Source of the DNA: a virus
Lineage: Duplodnaviria; Heunggongvirae; Uroviricota; Caudoviricetes
Reading direction: 5' to 3' (one strand)
Length of the DNA stretch: 64,000 bases
Virus record (IMG/VR): IMGVR_UViG_3300024272_000009
Shown here: piece by piece, positions 57,315 to 64,000 of the stretch
Position numbering within the stretch: the stretch's first letter is position 1
Layout: every line of letters begins with the position of its first letter
Program-made: the position numbers and the translations under genes
Notes under the pieces: model-generated
The model's input: the letters and a program-made list of their open reading frames with translations, nothing else
The model's database searches: none
Told to the model about the DNA's origin: nothing

Positions 57315-57983
57315 TTAATGCTTACCCTTACAGTTTTTCTTACCGTTGCATTTATGCTCGCCAGAGCAAGAATTACAGCTCTTTACAGCGTTAGATCCAG
57401 ATGTCGGAGGAGCTGGTGGTGTTGACGAGCCATTTTTAGGGCTATACCCAGTATTATTCGTCGCGATGCCGTTGGTATTAGCCTCACAACAACTCAAGAT
57501 AGTTTTCATTACTTCGCCATTTGCTACGTCGTCAGAGCAATTGTGAGCAGTAGTATACTTAGTACCATTAAGCTCACTTGAGGTAGAAGTAGTCAAGTAA
57601 GTGTCCAACTCACTAACACAGGGAGTAGTATAGTCGTTCAAGCGGGGCTGCGTGCAAGTAATACTATTAAACTTATTCTTATTACACCAAGTACAAGGAG
57701 TATCTCCTACATAAATACCGTCTCTTAACAAGTTCTCTCTCCAAACACAGCCCGCACAAGGGTCAGTGCTGTCTGACGGCCACTGATAGCCAATACCGCC
57801 AGGAATAGTAGGGTCCTGAACCATACTTTGATGATGATAATCCTTACCACAGGTAGGACAACTTACCTTATCAGAAGTTGCAGAAAGCTTTAAGTCAGAG
57901 ATTTCATATGTGAATTCACAACCACACCACTTGCAAAATGCGTGGAATTCTTTCTGACCTGGTTTAGTAATTTTAATTGCCAT
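57315..57983 (-). CDS. Cys-rich Zn-ribbon protein
   Basis: CKWC, CPTC, CAGC, CTWC, C-terminal Cys cluster; start moved to MAIK. Confidence 0.7.
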   Translation of the reverse strand: MAIKITKPGQKEFHAFCKWCGCEFTYEISDLKLSATSDKVSCPTCGKDYHHQSMVQDPTIPGGIGYQWPSDSTDPCAGCVWRENLLRDGIYVGDTPCTWCNKNKFNSITCTQPRLNDYTTPCVSELDTYLTTSTSSELNGTKYTTAHNCSDDVANGEVMKTILSCCEANTNGIATNNTGYSPKNGSSTPPAPPTSGSNAVKSCNSCSGEHKCNGKKNCKGKH

Positions 57984-58194
57984 TATTTTTCTCCTTAGTA
58001 TCTTCCTCATCGGAAGTTTTATGTTTAAATTCGTAGGTAGGAACTAGCTCCACCGCTAGAAGCAAAAATAGCAGCCAGAGGCAGCCAAGGCTTCCGGTAA
58101 GTACTACCATAAAGTATACAAAAGCAAGAACGGCCACGATGGCGAGTAGCCTGCAGACTATTGAAGCTATAATGCACATCGTCCAATTTTTCAT
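57973..58194 (-). CDS. Small membrane protein
   Basis: Two hydrophobic segments. Confidence 0.6.
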   Translation of the reverse strand: MKNWTMCIIASIVCRLLAIVAVLAFVYFMVVLTGSLGCLWLLFLLLAVELVPTYEFKHKTSDEEDTKEKNNGN

Positions 58195-58769
58195 TTACTA
58201 TATTTCCTCCAGCAAGCATAGCAGAATGCTCTGTATTTATCATTTCCGCCAATATCAACTTGATCGCCCTCTGTTACTATACTACCATCTTTAATACGTG
58301 CATTAATAACAGCAAAGTTACCGCAGTCACATATAACTGGAATATCTTTAATAATACTTGCAAGCTCAAATAATCTTTTAGAGCCCTCAAACAAATGAGA
58401 GGTAAAGTCCGTTCTTAAACCATAACAGAGCACCTGAATATCTTTTTCATCAGCAAGAATCTTAAGTTCTTCTACCTGTGCTTTTGTAAGAAACTGTGCT
58501 TCATCACATATAACAGTATTAGTTCCTTCTGGCGGAACTAACTTGTCAGTAGCACTGATTGCATCAGCCCAAGCGCTAATTCCAACCCTGGACCTAATTA
58601 ATGTTTTAATTGCTTTACCATTGTCATACTGCATTTCTTCTCTGGTGTCAATCTCAGGCTTAATCAACCAAACATTCTTACCTTTTTCAGTATATTGAAA
58701 ATTTGTCATTAGAGCATGAGCTGTTTTAGAACTGCCCATAGGGCCTGTATAAAAAATTAGCTCTGCCAT
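58191..58769 (-). CDS. tdk: Thymidine kinase
   Basis: GPMGSSKT, SRVG, DEAQF, YGLRTDF, LFEGS, CDC...CYAC. Confidence 0.95.
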   Translation of the reverse strand: MAELIFYTGPMGSSKTAHALMTNFQYTEKGKNVWLIKPEIDTREEMQYDNGKAIKTLIRSRVGISAWADAISATDKLVPPEGTNTVICDEAQFLTKAQVEELKILADEKDIQVLCYGLRTDFTSHLFEGSKRLFELASIIKDIPVICDCGNFAVINARIKDGSIVTEGDQVDIGGNDKYRAFCYACWRKYSK

Positions 58770-59338
58770 TAAATCTCCTTCTTATCTTCAATAGCCGCAA
58801 CTGCTGTTGCATTCAAAGTTCTAATTACATACAAACCACACTGAGTTGCTGCGTCCTCGAACCACATTGAATCATAAGGCTTTCTTTCTTTAACAGGCTT
58901 TGCATTACGTGTATGGTACCAGGTTACCGAGGGCAGACCAACAATAAATGGAAATAGTGGACCAAACAAGCAATTTTGGAAAGTATGACCAAATTCATGA
59001 GCATCAAGAGCACCACGAGACTTATGGTCTCTCAAGAAACAAAGACCGCACTCAAAGCCTCCCCAAGAGTCAGGACCAACAGAAATGCTATAAATCCAAT
59101 GATAAGGCTTAAAAGTGATCTTTACCTTTCCGAACGAGCACAGCTTTACTAGATAAAGCGCTCCTGAAATAACTGCGCCAACCAAGGTCATGATAAAGCC
59201 CCAAGTGCAAGCAAGAATATAGTATAGTTTTTGATGTTTCACAAGGAACTTAGTCCAAATAGCACACAAATTAAATAAAAATGTTCCAGCCTTAGTGTGC
59301 TGATAGGCTGCTTTGATTTCTGGAATAGGGGTAGTCAA
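58769..59338 (-). CDS. Membrane protein with a HEXXH zincin motif
   Basis: TM segments, HEFGH..Q, WFE. Confidence 0.7.
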   Translation of the reverse strand: MTTPIPEIKAAYQHTKAGTFLFNLCAIWTKFLVKHQKLYYILACTWGFIMTLVGAVISGALYLVKLCSFGKVKITFKPYHWIYSISVGPDSWGGFECGLCFLRDHKSRGALDAHEFGHTFQNCLFGPLFPFIVGLPSVTWYHTRNAKPVKERKPYDSMWFEDAATQCGLYVIRTLNATAVAAIEDKKEI

Positions 59339-59431
59339 AATAAATCTCCTTTATATAAATAATTACTATTATAATATACGATAAAAAAAAGAGAAAAGTC
59401 ACTCAAAACTGAATAACTTTCCTCTTAAGTA

Positions 59432-59506
59432 TGGAGCTGGCGAAGGGAATCGAACCCCCAACCTGCTGATTACAAGTCAGCTGCTCTACCGTTGAGCCAC
59501 GCCAGC
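59432..59506 (-). tRNA. tRNA-Thr(UGU)
   Basis: Full cloverleaf, anticodon TGT, encoded CCA. Confidence 0.95.
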
Positions 59507-59511
59507 ATATT

Positions 59512-59588
59512 TGGTTGCGGGAGTAGGATTCGAACCTACGACTTCTCAGGTTATGAGCCTGGATTGCTGACCTCTGCATCATCCCGCG
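59512..59588 (-). tRNA. tRNA-Met(CAU), initiator-like
   Basis: Cloverleaf, anticodon CAT, C1:A72 mismatch, CCA. Confidence 0.88.
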
Positions 59589-59595
59589 ATATATG

Positions 59596-59958
59596 ACCTA
59601 GCTAAATACTATTTGATGTGGATTACGACAGTCAGCCAGGACGACTGATAATCGTCTCCACGCATTACCTTCTTTAAGAAATAAGCATAGGTTCTAGAAA
59701 AAATAGGCTCGACTATTTATGTATGCCAGGCTACCTCTATATTCCAGAAGGATATATAGATACCCGGCCGAAGTCTTTTGTTAGTATTAGAAATAAGTAC
59801 GAGCTCTTTTTAATTTAGCAAATAAAATTTGGCCTAACTGTCTTTACTATTTACCCTTTTAAATATCATAAGAAATAAGTATAGGCTCTATTTTATATAA
59901 TTGGCTTGGCTACTTTACTAAATATCAATTATATTTCAAAGAAATAAGCACAAGCTCT
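59596..59958 (-). repeat. Four-unit structured RNA repeat (AGARCYYRTRCTTATTTCT plus a co-varying 3' arm)
   Basis: 19-mers at 59940-59958, 59871-59889, 59789-59807 and 59677-59695, each with a compensatory downstream partner strand. Confidence 0.75.
59812..59820 (-). promoter_or_regulatory. Putative late promoter TGCTAAATT inside the repeat array
   Basis: Motif between repeat units 2 and 3. Confidence 0.5.
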
Positions 59959-59973
59959 TAATTATATTTTAAA

Positions 59974-60153
59974 TTATTCTGTTACTTCTACAGCAGGTGC
60001 AGAAGTAGTTTGAGTCTTAAGTTGCTCATTTTCTACCACTACAGTATTGTACGACTGAACTAAACTAGCTAAAGCGCCGCAAAGCTCATTAGCCAGAGCA
60101 GGCGCGCCGCTCTCAATAATCTTACAAATTAATTCAAACTGAAAATGGGTCAT
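59974..60153 (-). CDS. 59-aa hypothetical protein (MTHFQFEL...), below the ORF-track cut-off
   Basis: SD GGAG and upstream promoter. Confidence 0.7.
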   Translation of the reverse strand: MTHFQFELICKIIESGAPALANELCGALASLVQSYNTVVVENEQLKTQTTSAPAVEVTE

Positions 60154-60217
60154 TTTAAAATATCTCCTAAATAATTTTTATATTATATTATACGATATTT
60201 ATTTTATTTTATTTTTA

Positions 60218-60292
60218 TGGTGACGCCTACGGGAATCGAACCCGTGTTACCGCCGTGAAAGGGCGGTGTCTTAACCGCTTGACCAAGGCGCC
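60218..60292 (-). tRNA. tRNA-Glu(UUC)
   Basis: Cloverleaf, anticodon TTC, CCA. Confidence 0.96.
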
Positions 60293-60515
60293 ATATTTTT
60301 GGGAGTTTATAATTATTTATGACCCAAAACCCATCGGAAAAAAGGTCGAATATAGTATCTACATATACCATATTCACAGTCAACTGTATTTAACGTTTTT
60401 CAGGACCCCAGGAACGGCTTTTTCTTCCCTCTTTAATGTAGCAGAGTTCGGGAGTTTCGCATCTCGCAGAGTTTTTAGTAATTGCAATTTACTTAGGATT
60501 TCTCATTAACCTTAC

Positions 60516-60591
60516 TGGCTCCCCGAGCAGGGCTCGAACCTGCGACATCATGATTAACAGTCACGCGCTCTGCCGACTGAGCTATCGAGGA
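60516..60591 (-). tRNA. tRNA-Asn(GUU)
   Basis: Cloverleaf, anticodon GTT, CCA. Confidence 0.96.
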
Positions 60592-60713
60592 ATATAAGCT
60601 TCTGCATCCCTATAAAGAGTCACACCAAGCAGGTGGTGGTTGTTATTGTTTCCGTATAGTCTGCAACTTTAACAAGATCTATACAACCGTTTATAACGCA
60701 ACGGTAAGTAACT

Positions 60714-60790
60714 TGGCGACGGTAAGGGGGCTCGAACCCCTGACCTCCAGCGTGACAGGCTGGCGCTCTAACCAACTGAGCTACACCGCC
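60714..60790 (-). tRNA. tRNA-Asp(GUC)
   Basis: Cloverleaf, anticodon GTC, CCA. Confidence 0.96.
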
Positions 60791-60795
60791 ATATT

Positions 60796-60877
60796 TGGTG
60801 CGGGATGTGGGACTTGAACCCACACGAATTAACATATGGTCCTAAGCCATACGCGTCTGCCATTCCGCCAATCCCGC
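60796..60877 (-). tRNA. tRNA-Leu(UAG)
   Basis: Type II cloverleaf, anticodon TAG, CCA. Confidence 0.94.
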
Positions 60878-60878
60878 A

Positions 60879-61340
60879 TTAAGAGGTAGTATAACTACCT
60901 GCTGCAGCACCTGCATTAGGTGCTTTAATTGCATGACAATTTGGACAAGCAATCTTTAAGTTGGAAAGCTCATTATTGTAGTGATTACCATCTTCATGAT
61001 GAAGCTCAAGAGGCAACTTAACACCCAGCCAATGAGAATTTCCACAGTACTCACACTTATCTTCTTTTAAACCGTCACGAATAAGTTTTAACTTTAACTT
61101 ATGTGAAGTAATGGGAAGCGCATTCGGACCTAAATAGTAAGAAGAATCTTTATAAACATTACTACCCTTTTGCTGACCTTTTTTAGCCTGCTGTCCGGAA
61201 TATGTAATATTCATTTTAGCTAAGTAAGCATTAAGTGTTTCCTGCTTACAGCCTAAACGTTTTGCCATTTCGCGCTTAGGGAGCTCTTCAGCAATCCATT
61301 CTAAAATTAGCTCTTTCTTATTAATCAAGTCAGTACGCAT
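60879..61340 (-). CDS. HNH endonuclease with an N-terminal HTH
   Basis: EMAKRLGC; CEYCG...LELHHEDG...N..SNL...CPNCH; start moved to MRTDL. Confidence 0.9.
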   Translation of the reverse strand: MRTDLINKKELILEWIAEELPKREMAKRLGCKQETLNAYLAKMNITYSGQQAKKGQQKGSNVYKDSSYYLGPNALPITSHKLKLKLIRDGLKEDKCEYCGNSHWLGVKLPLELHHEDGNHYNNELSNLKIACPNCHAIKAPNAGAAAGSYTTS

Positions 61341-61369
61341 TTTAAATATCTCCTTTATTTGCATCATTA

Positions 61370-61378
61370 AATTTAGCA
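61370..61378 (-). promoter_or_regulatory. Putative late promoter TGCTAAATT
   Basis: 30 nt before the HNH start. Confidence 0.6.
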
Positions 61379-61452
61379 AATATTTTTGGAGAACTTTCAA
61401 AAAAGTTGAACTGCGTGTTTACCAGTTTCAATGTCTTAAATACATATTAAAT

Positions 61453-61642
61453 TGGTCGCTAAGGAAGGACTCACACCTTCTTTTAAACTCATCATTGAAT
61501 AGTTCCGTAGAGTTTTTCATCTAGTTATTATTTTGATTCCAGTAGATAGTTTTCTATTCTACTCGAGATACCTTCGAACTTATCTACAACGTTGTCACAG
61601 GTTATGATGCCTGCCGAGCTCGATTCTTTGCCCTTCTTAGCA
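61453..61642 (-). ncRNA. 190-nt tRNA-like RNA with a giant variable region
   Basis: Acceptor UGCUAAG/CUUAGCG + A + CCA; D stem GGGC/GCUC; anticodon stem GCAGG/CCUGU with 8-nt loop CAUCAUAA; ~116-nt insert; T arm GAAGG-UGUGAGU-CCUUC. Confidence 0.65.
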
Positions 61643-61648
61643 ATATAA

Positions 61649-61732
61649 TGGTGGGCCAGGTTGGACTCGAACCAACGAAGCCTGAGGCGGCGGATTTACA
61701 GTCCACTGCAATTGCCGCTATGCGACTGACCC
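61649..61732 (-). tRNA. tRNA-Tyr(GUA)
   Basis: Type II cloverleaf, anticodon GTA, CCA. Confidence 0.95.
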
Positions 61733-61742
61733 ATATTAAACT

Positions 61743-61833
61743 TGGCGGAGGAGGTGGGGTTCGAACCCACGCACCGTGTTACCGGCCTAACGCGTTAGCA
61801 GTGCGTCCTCTTGACCAGCTTGAGTACTCCTCC
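61743..61833 (-). tRNA. tRNA-Ser(GCU)
   Basis: Long variable arm, anticodon GCT, CCA. Confidence 0.94.
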
Positions 61834-61899
61834 ATATAATATATTATACAATATATTTTTTAAATTTTATCATAAAAATTAGGTTTTCGTTATTTACCT

Positions 61900-61990
61900 C
61901 ATACCCTAGTGGAATCGAACCACGCCCTTCTCGCTTTTAACCTAAATAACTCCACGAGAATGAACCCCTGAGTGCAGAATTGAACTGCAA
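61900..61990 (-). pseudogene. tRNA 3'-half remnants (two T-arm hairpins)
   Basis: TGCAG-TTCAATT-CTGCA and GTGG-TTCGATT-CCAC, without matching 5' halves or CCA. Confidence 0.4.
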
Positions 61991-62031
61991 TAACGGTGTT
62001 TATATTTATATATTATATAATACGATATATC

Positions 62032-62850
62032 TTAAATCTTTTTAAAGAGCTTTCTAAAGAAGTTTGCAATAGCATTAATAATAGGCGCAAAAGTTTTTAC
62101 AAACCAGCTATCTTCAGGTCTGATAACATCTCCTTCGCCTTTGATCTCATCAGTTACTGCCCAGGCTTCACGCCATTTAAAGTCAAATGGCATAATAAAT
62201 CTACCTTTTTTACCCCAGCTAGAACCCCAACTATTGTGAACAAGCCAACCTTCTTCACTCCAGCCATAAATAACCATACAATGGTAACCACTTGTCTCAT
62301 CAGAACTGTGAGAATATACTCCATTCTTAAGCTTGTAGTCCTTATACCATGGCATAGAAATTACTACATAACCAAAATCCATTAACGCCTGCTTAATCTC
62401 TTCAACAGAATTAACTTTTGCATAAGTAGAAATTCTATGTGGGTAAGCTTTGTCTTTAAGTTCTTCAAGTCTCGCTTCGACAGCTTTTATAGCTTCTGGA
62501 CATTTATGATTTCCCTTAAGGTCCGCAACAGGACAATCGCCTATTTCACGTAAAGTCTTAAGAGCATTACGAATATACATGCCTTCCCCTACATAATAAC
62601 CTGCCGGACGATAACCGTAAATAAACTCGGTACTAAATACAACATCGGTACCTTCCTGTCGTTTATTATGAAACTCTACCACAGAAGAACAAGCATGAGC
62701 AACACAGCTGCCAGTGCTTCCCTGATTTTTTACCGAAACCTCAGGAAGTACAAAAGTTTCTGGAAATTCAGTCGCGGTTACAGCTATCTTATAGTCTCTT
62801 ACATCAAAAGGTGAAACTAGATTACTAAAGGCACGGTCAGTCACTTTCAT
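62032..62850 (-). CDS. Papain-like C1 cysteine peptidase
   Basis: NQGSTGSCVAHA, GYHCMVIYGW, HNSWG..WG..G. Confidence 0.92.
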   Translation of the reverse strand: MKVTDRAFSNLVSPFDVRDYKIAVTATEFPETFVLPEVSVKNQGSTGSCVAHACSSVVEFHNKRQEGTDVVFSTEFIYGYRPAGYYVGEGMYIRNALKTLREIGDCPVADLKGNHKCPEAIKAVEARLEELKDKAYPHRISTYAKVNSVEEIKQALMDFGYVVISMPWYKDYKLKNGVYSHSSDETSGYHCMVIYGWSEEGWLVHNSWGSSWGKKGRFIMPFDFKWREAWAVTDEIKGEGDVIRPEDSWFVKTFAPIINAIANFFRKLFKKI

Positions 62851-63092
62851 TTATTAAGCTCCTAAATTTTTAGTACATTGCCAGTGGTATTTCAGACTGC
62901 TTTTAGCGTACTATCTCAAAGATCTACTTGCTTCAACCACGGTCGTACAGTCACGGCCTTTGGACTCACTCTACTAGCTTCCTCCCTGTAATATGATACA
63001 AGTCTATGTAGAGGTTTGGTGATGCCACTTTTATACCGCTGCTTTCCCTCTTCCCTTGCGGTGACCGTTTATTCTTAGCTACGGACAAACTT

Positions 63093-63168
63093 TGGTGCAC
63101 CTTCAGGGATTCGAACCCGGGACCCACTGATTAAGAGTCAGTTGCTCTACCAACTGAGCTAAAGGTGC
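63093..63168 (-). tRNA. tRNA-Lys(CUU)
   Basis: Cloverleaf, anticodon CTT, CCA. Confidence 0.96.
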
Positions 63169-63208
63169 AAAGCAAAATGCACAGAGGCTGTCTGTGCATT
63201 AGATTATA

Positions 63209-63814
63209 TTAATCTTCGTGCTCATCTAACATTCTAGCAGTATTAAGAAGAATCTGCCTAAGTTGTCCATCCATATGGAATCTTTCTGCATTAGTCTCAA
63301 TACTCTTGAGAAGGTTACCGTCATTGTGTCTTAAGGTACTTGCCTTCCAGTCACAGAACATTTCAATGATATCTACAAGAGTCATATCATTAATACCATT
63401 TACAAAATGTTCAGGATGATGCCTATTGGAAGCATAATGGTGATCCAATGCAGACTTCATACCTTCTAAATTCTGGTAATATTCTTCACTACCGAATGTT
63501 GTATTATTTAATTTTGGAGTGTATTCTGCGAATACTTCTACTTCAGGAGATTCTAGCTTAGAAGCATCATGCTTAACGCCGCGCATTTCAATCTTATCGA
63601 TCATAAATCTGATATACTTGCGGACTGCTTCGATATGCTTTTGAGTCTCTACTTGGCACTCTGCAACAGTCAAAGTTTCAGTTTGTTCTTCATTTAAAAT
63701 GAGCTGATCTTCTTTACCACAGTTTTCACAAACTTCAAGCTCTTGACTAATAGAAACGCTAGTAGGAAGACTTCCATATCTCAGCTTATAGCACTCTGTA
63801 CAAAGCTTTGACAT
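63209..63814 (-). CDS. DUF5662-like HD-related protein with an N-terminal Zn ribbon
   Basis: CTEC...CENC; HDASK, HHYASNRHHPEH, IEMFCDW. Confidence 0.85.
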   Translation of the reverse strand: MSKLCTECYKLRYGSLPTSVSISQELEVCENCGKEDQLILNEEQTETLTVAECQVETQKHIEAVRKYIRFMIDKIEMRGVKHDASKLESPEVEVFAEYTPKLNNTTFGSEEYYQNLEGMKSALDHHYASNRHHPEHFVNGINDMTLVDIIEMFCDWKASTLRHNDGNLLKSIETNAERFHMDGQLRQILLNTARMLDEHED

Positions 63815-63853
63815 ATTCTCCTCCTTAACTAATGATAGATTTAATAAAATTCA

Positions 63854-63929
63854 TGGTCGGAGAGACAGGTCTCGAACCTGCGGCCTCATGGTCCCAAACC
63901 ACGCGCTCTACCATCTGAGCTACTCCCCG
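63854..63929 (-). tRNA. tRNA-Pro(UGG)
   Basis: Cloverleaf, anticodon TGG, CCA. Confidence 0.96.
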
Positions 63930-64000
63930 AGGAAATAATATAAAATTTTGGCAACCAGTGGGCTACATACCTTTCTTACTCTTTGAGTTTGCAACCTCTC

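Noticed and set aside
59596-59958. 19-nt repeats as a mini-CRISPR array
   Set aside because: Unequal spacing, and repeat variants pair with the 'spacers', which fits a folded RNA; no cas genes in the window.
60620-60835. 71-aa ORF, and + strand ORFs 61648..61839 and 60255..60509
   Set aside because: They overlap tRNA genes; spurious.
1-64000. Alternative genetic code (stop-codon recoding)
   Set aside because: Conserved genes are uninterrupted in code 11 and no suppressor tRNA (CUA/UCA) was found.

Overview
A 64-kb segment of a large lytic dsDNA phage with a contractile (myovirus-type) tail. The host is probably an anaerobic Bacillota/Clostridia, inferred from sigmaA-type extended -10 promoters, SpoVT/AbrB, a clostridial-type HPr paralog and pyruvate formate-lyase. 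All credible genes are on the minus strand; the long + strand ORFs are antisense shadows. Left to right: (1) replication/recombination (RecB-type nuclease, bacterial-type clamp loader DnaX/delta/delta', beta clamp, RecA, two resolvases, a two-gene family A polymerase, SSB, primase, DnaB, DnaC-like loader); (2) nucleotide metabolism (dut, folA, dCMP deaminase, thyA) around a self-contained pncB-nadM-pncA-nadE-DUF5662 NAD+ salvage operon; (3) type II topoisomerase A/B; (4) a holin-like gene and baseplate/tail module; (5) pflB and RNA/nucleotide end-processing enzymes (Thg1, HD, metallophosphoesterase, HAD); (6) a ~1 kb structured non-coding locus; (7) many small early genes; (8) a tRNA cluster with 10 canonical tRNAs. 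Strongest candidates for novelty: a 4-copy array with a conserved scaffold and variable insert at 48.2-48.85 kb; a second 4-copy RNA repeat with compensatory base changes at 59.6-59.96 kb; two oversized tRNA-like molecules; the four-enzyme deamidating NAD+ salvage operon; a split PolA with a Hint-like vestige; and late-promoter genes sharing a putative capsid-targeting leader. All family assignments come from recognising motifs by eye; no database search was run.
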